A stretch of 20,000 nucleotides of DNA from Malassezia furfur (lineage: Eukaryota): assembly GCA_052055015.1 (NCBI GenBank), contig JBQJIT010000014.1. One strand, 5' to 3'. Made by a program: the position numbers and the translations under genes. Positions 19,865-20,000 of the stretch are shown piece by piece. Every line of letters starts with the position of its first letter. The first letter of the stretch is position 1. The notes under the pieces were generated by a model, which was given only the letters and a program-made list of their open reading frames with translations, was not told the origin of the DNA and did not search any database.

Positions 19865-20000
19865 CGGGGTGGAGGAGCGCACACCATGCGCGCGAGCGCG
19901 TATTTAAGCGCTGTGCGGCCGAAAGCTCTGGAAGAATCGGGCGAGGGCCGTGCGCGGCCGGTGCGGGGGCGCCTCGGCTGCGGCGGCGCTCCGGGGGGAT

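Noticed and set aside
19921..19933. HSE-like GAAagCTCtgGAA upstream of CPR6
   Set aside because: Imperfect match; plausible for an Hsp90 co-chaperone but too weak to call.
1..20000. CRISPR arrays, transposons or prokaryotic systems
   Set aside because: No spaced repeats, TIRs/LTRs or transposase/RT motifs seen; the DNA is eukaryotic with spliceosomal introns.

Overview
Very compact, GC-rich fungal chromosomal segment. Gene content, density and intron style point to a basidiomycete yeast, most like Malassezia (inference). It holds 13 protein-coding genes: SLA2 (runs off the left edge), a CAP64/PC-esterase-like protein, an AN1 zinc-finger protein, an alpha-arrestin, SKI2, a DUF1764 protein, a GEP4-like phosphatase with a long C-terminal extension, ARC35/ARPC2, a Methyltransf_16 methyltransferase, two AGX1-like aminotransferase paralogues flanking GIM5, and CPR6. 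It also holds one atypical tRNA gene. Gene models were rebuilt by hand and need 18 spliceosomal introns, 17 of them only 22-26 nt, which the ORF track misses. Best leads: (1) the second AGX1 paralogue is intact but has Gln instead of the PLP Schiff-base Lys; (2) a tRNA(UAG) with a Leu-like body but no long variable arm and an ambiguous 10-nt insert; (3) a Gep4 ORF that continues through presequence-like segments into a TM/coiled-coil module; (4) the ultrashort intron architecture with GTASGT donors; (5) a 470-bp gap with RNase P/MRP-like long-range pairings.
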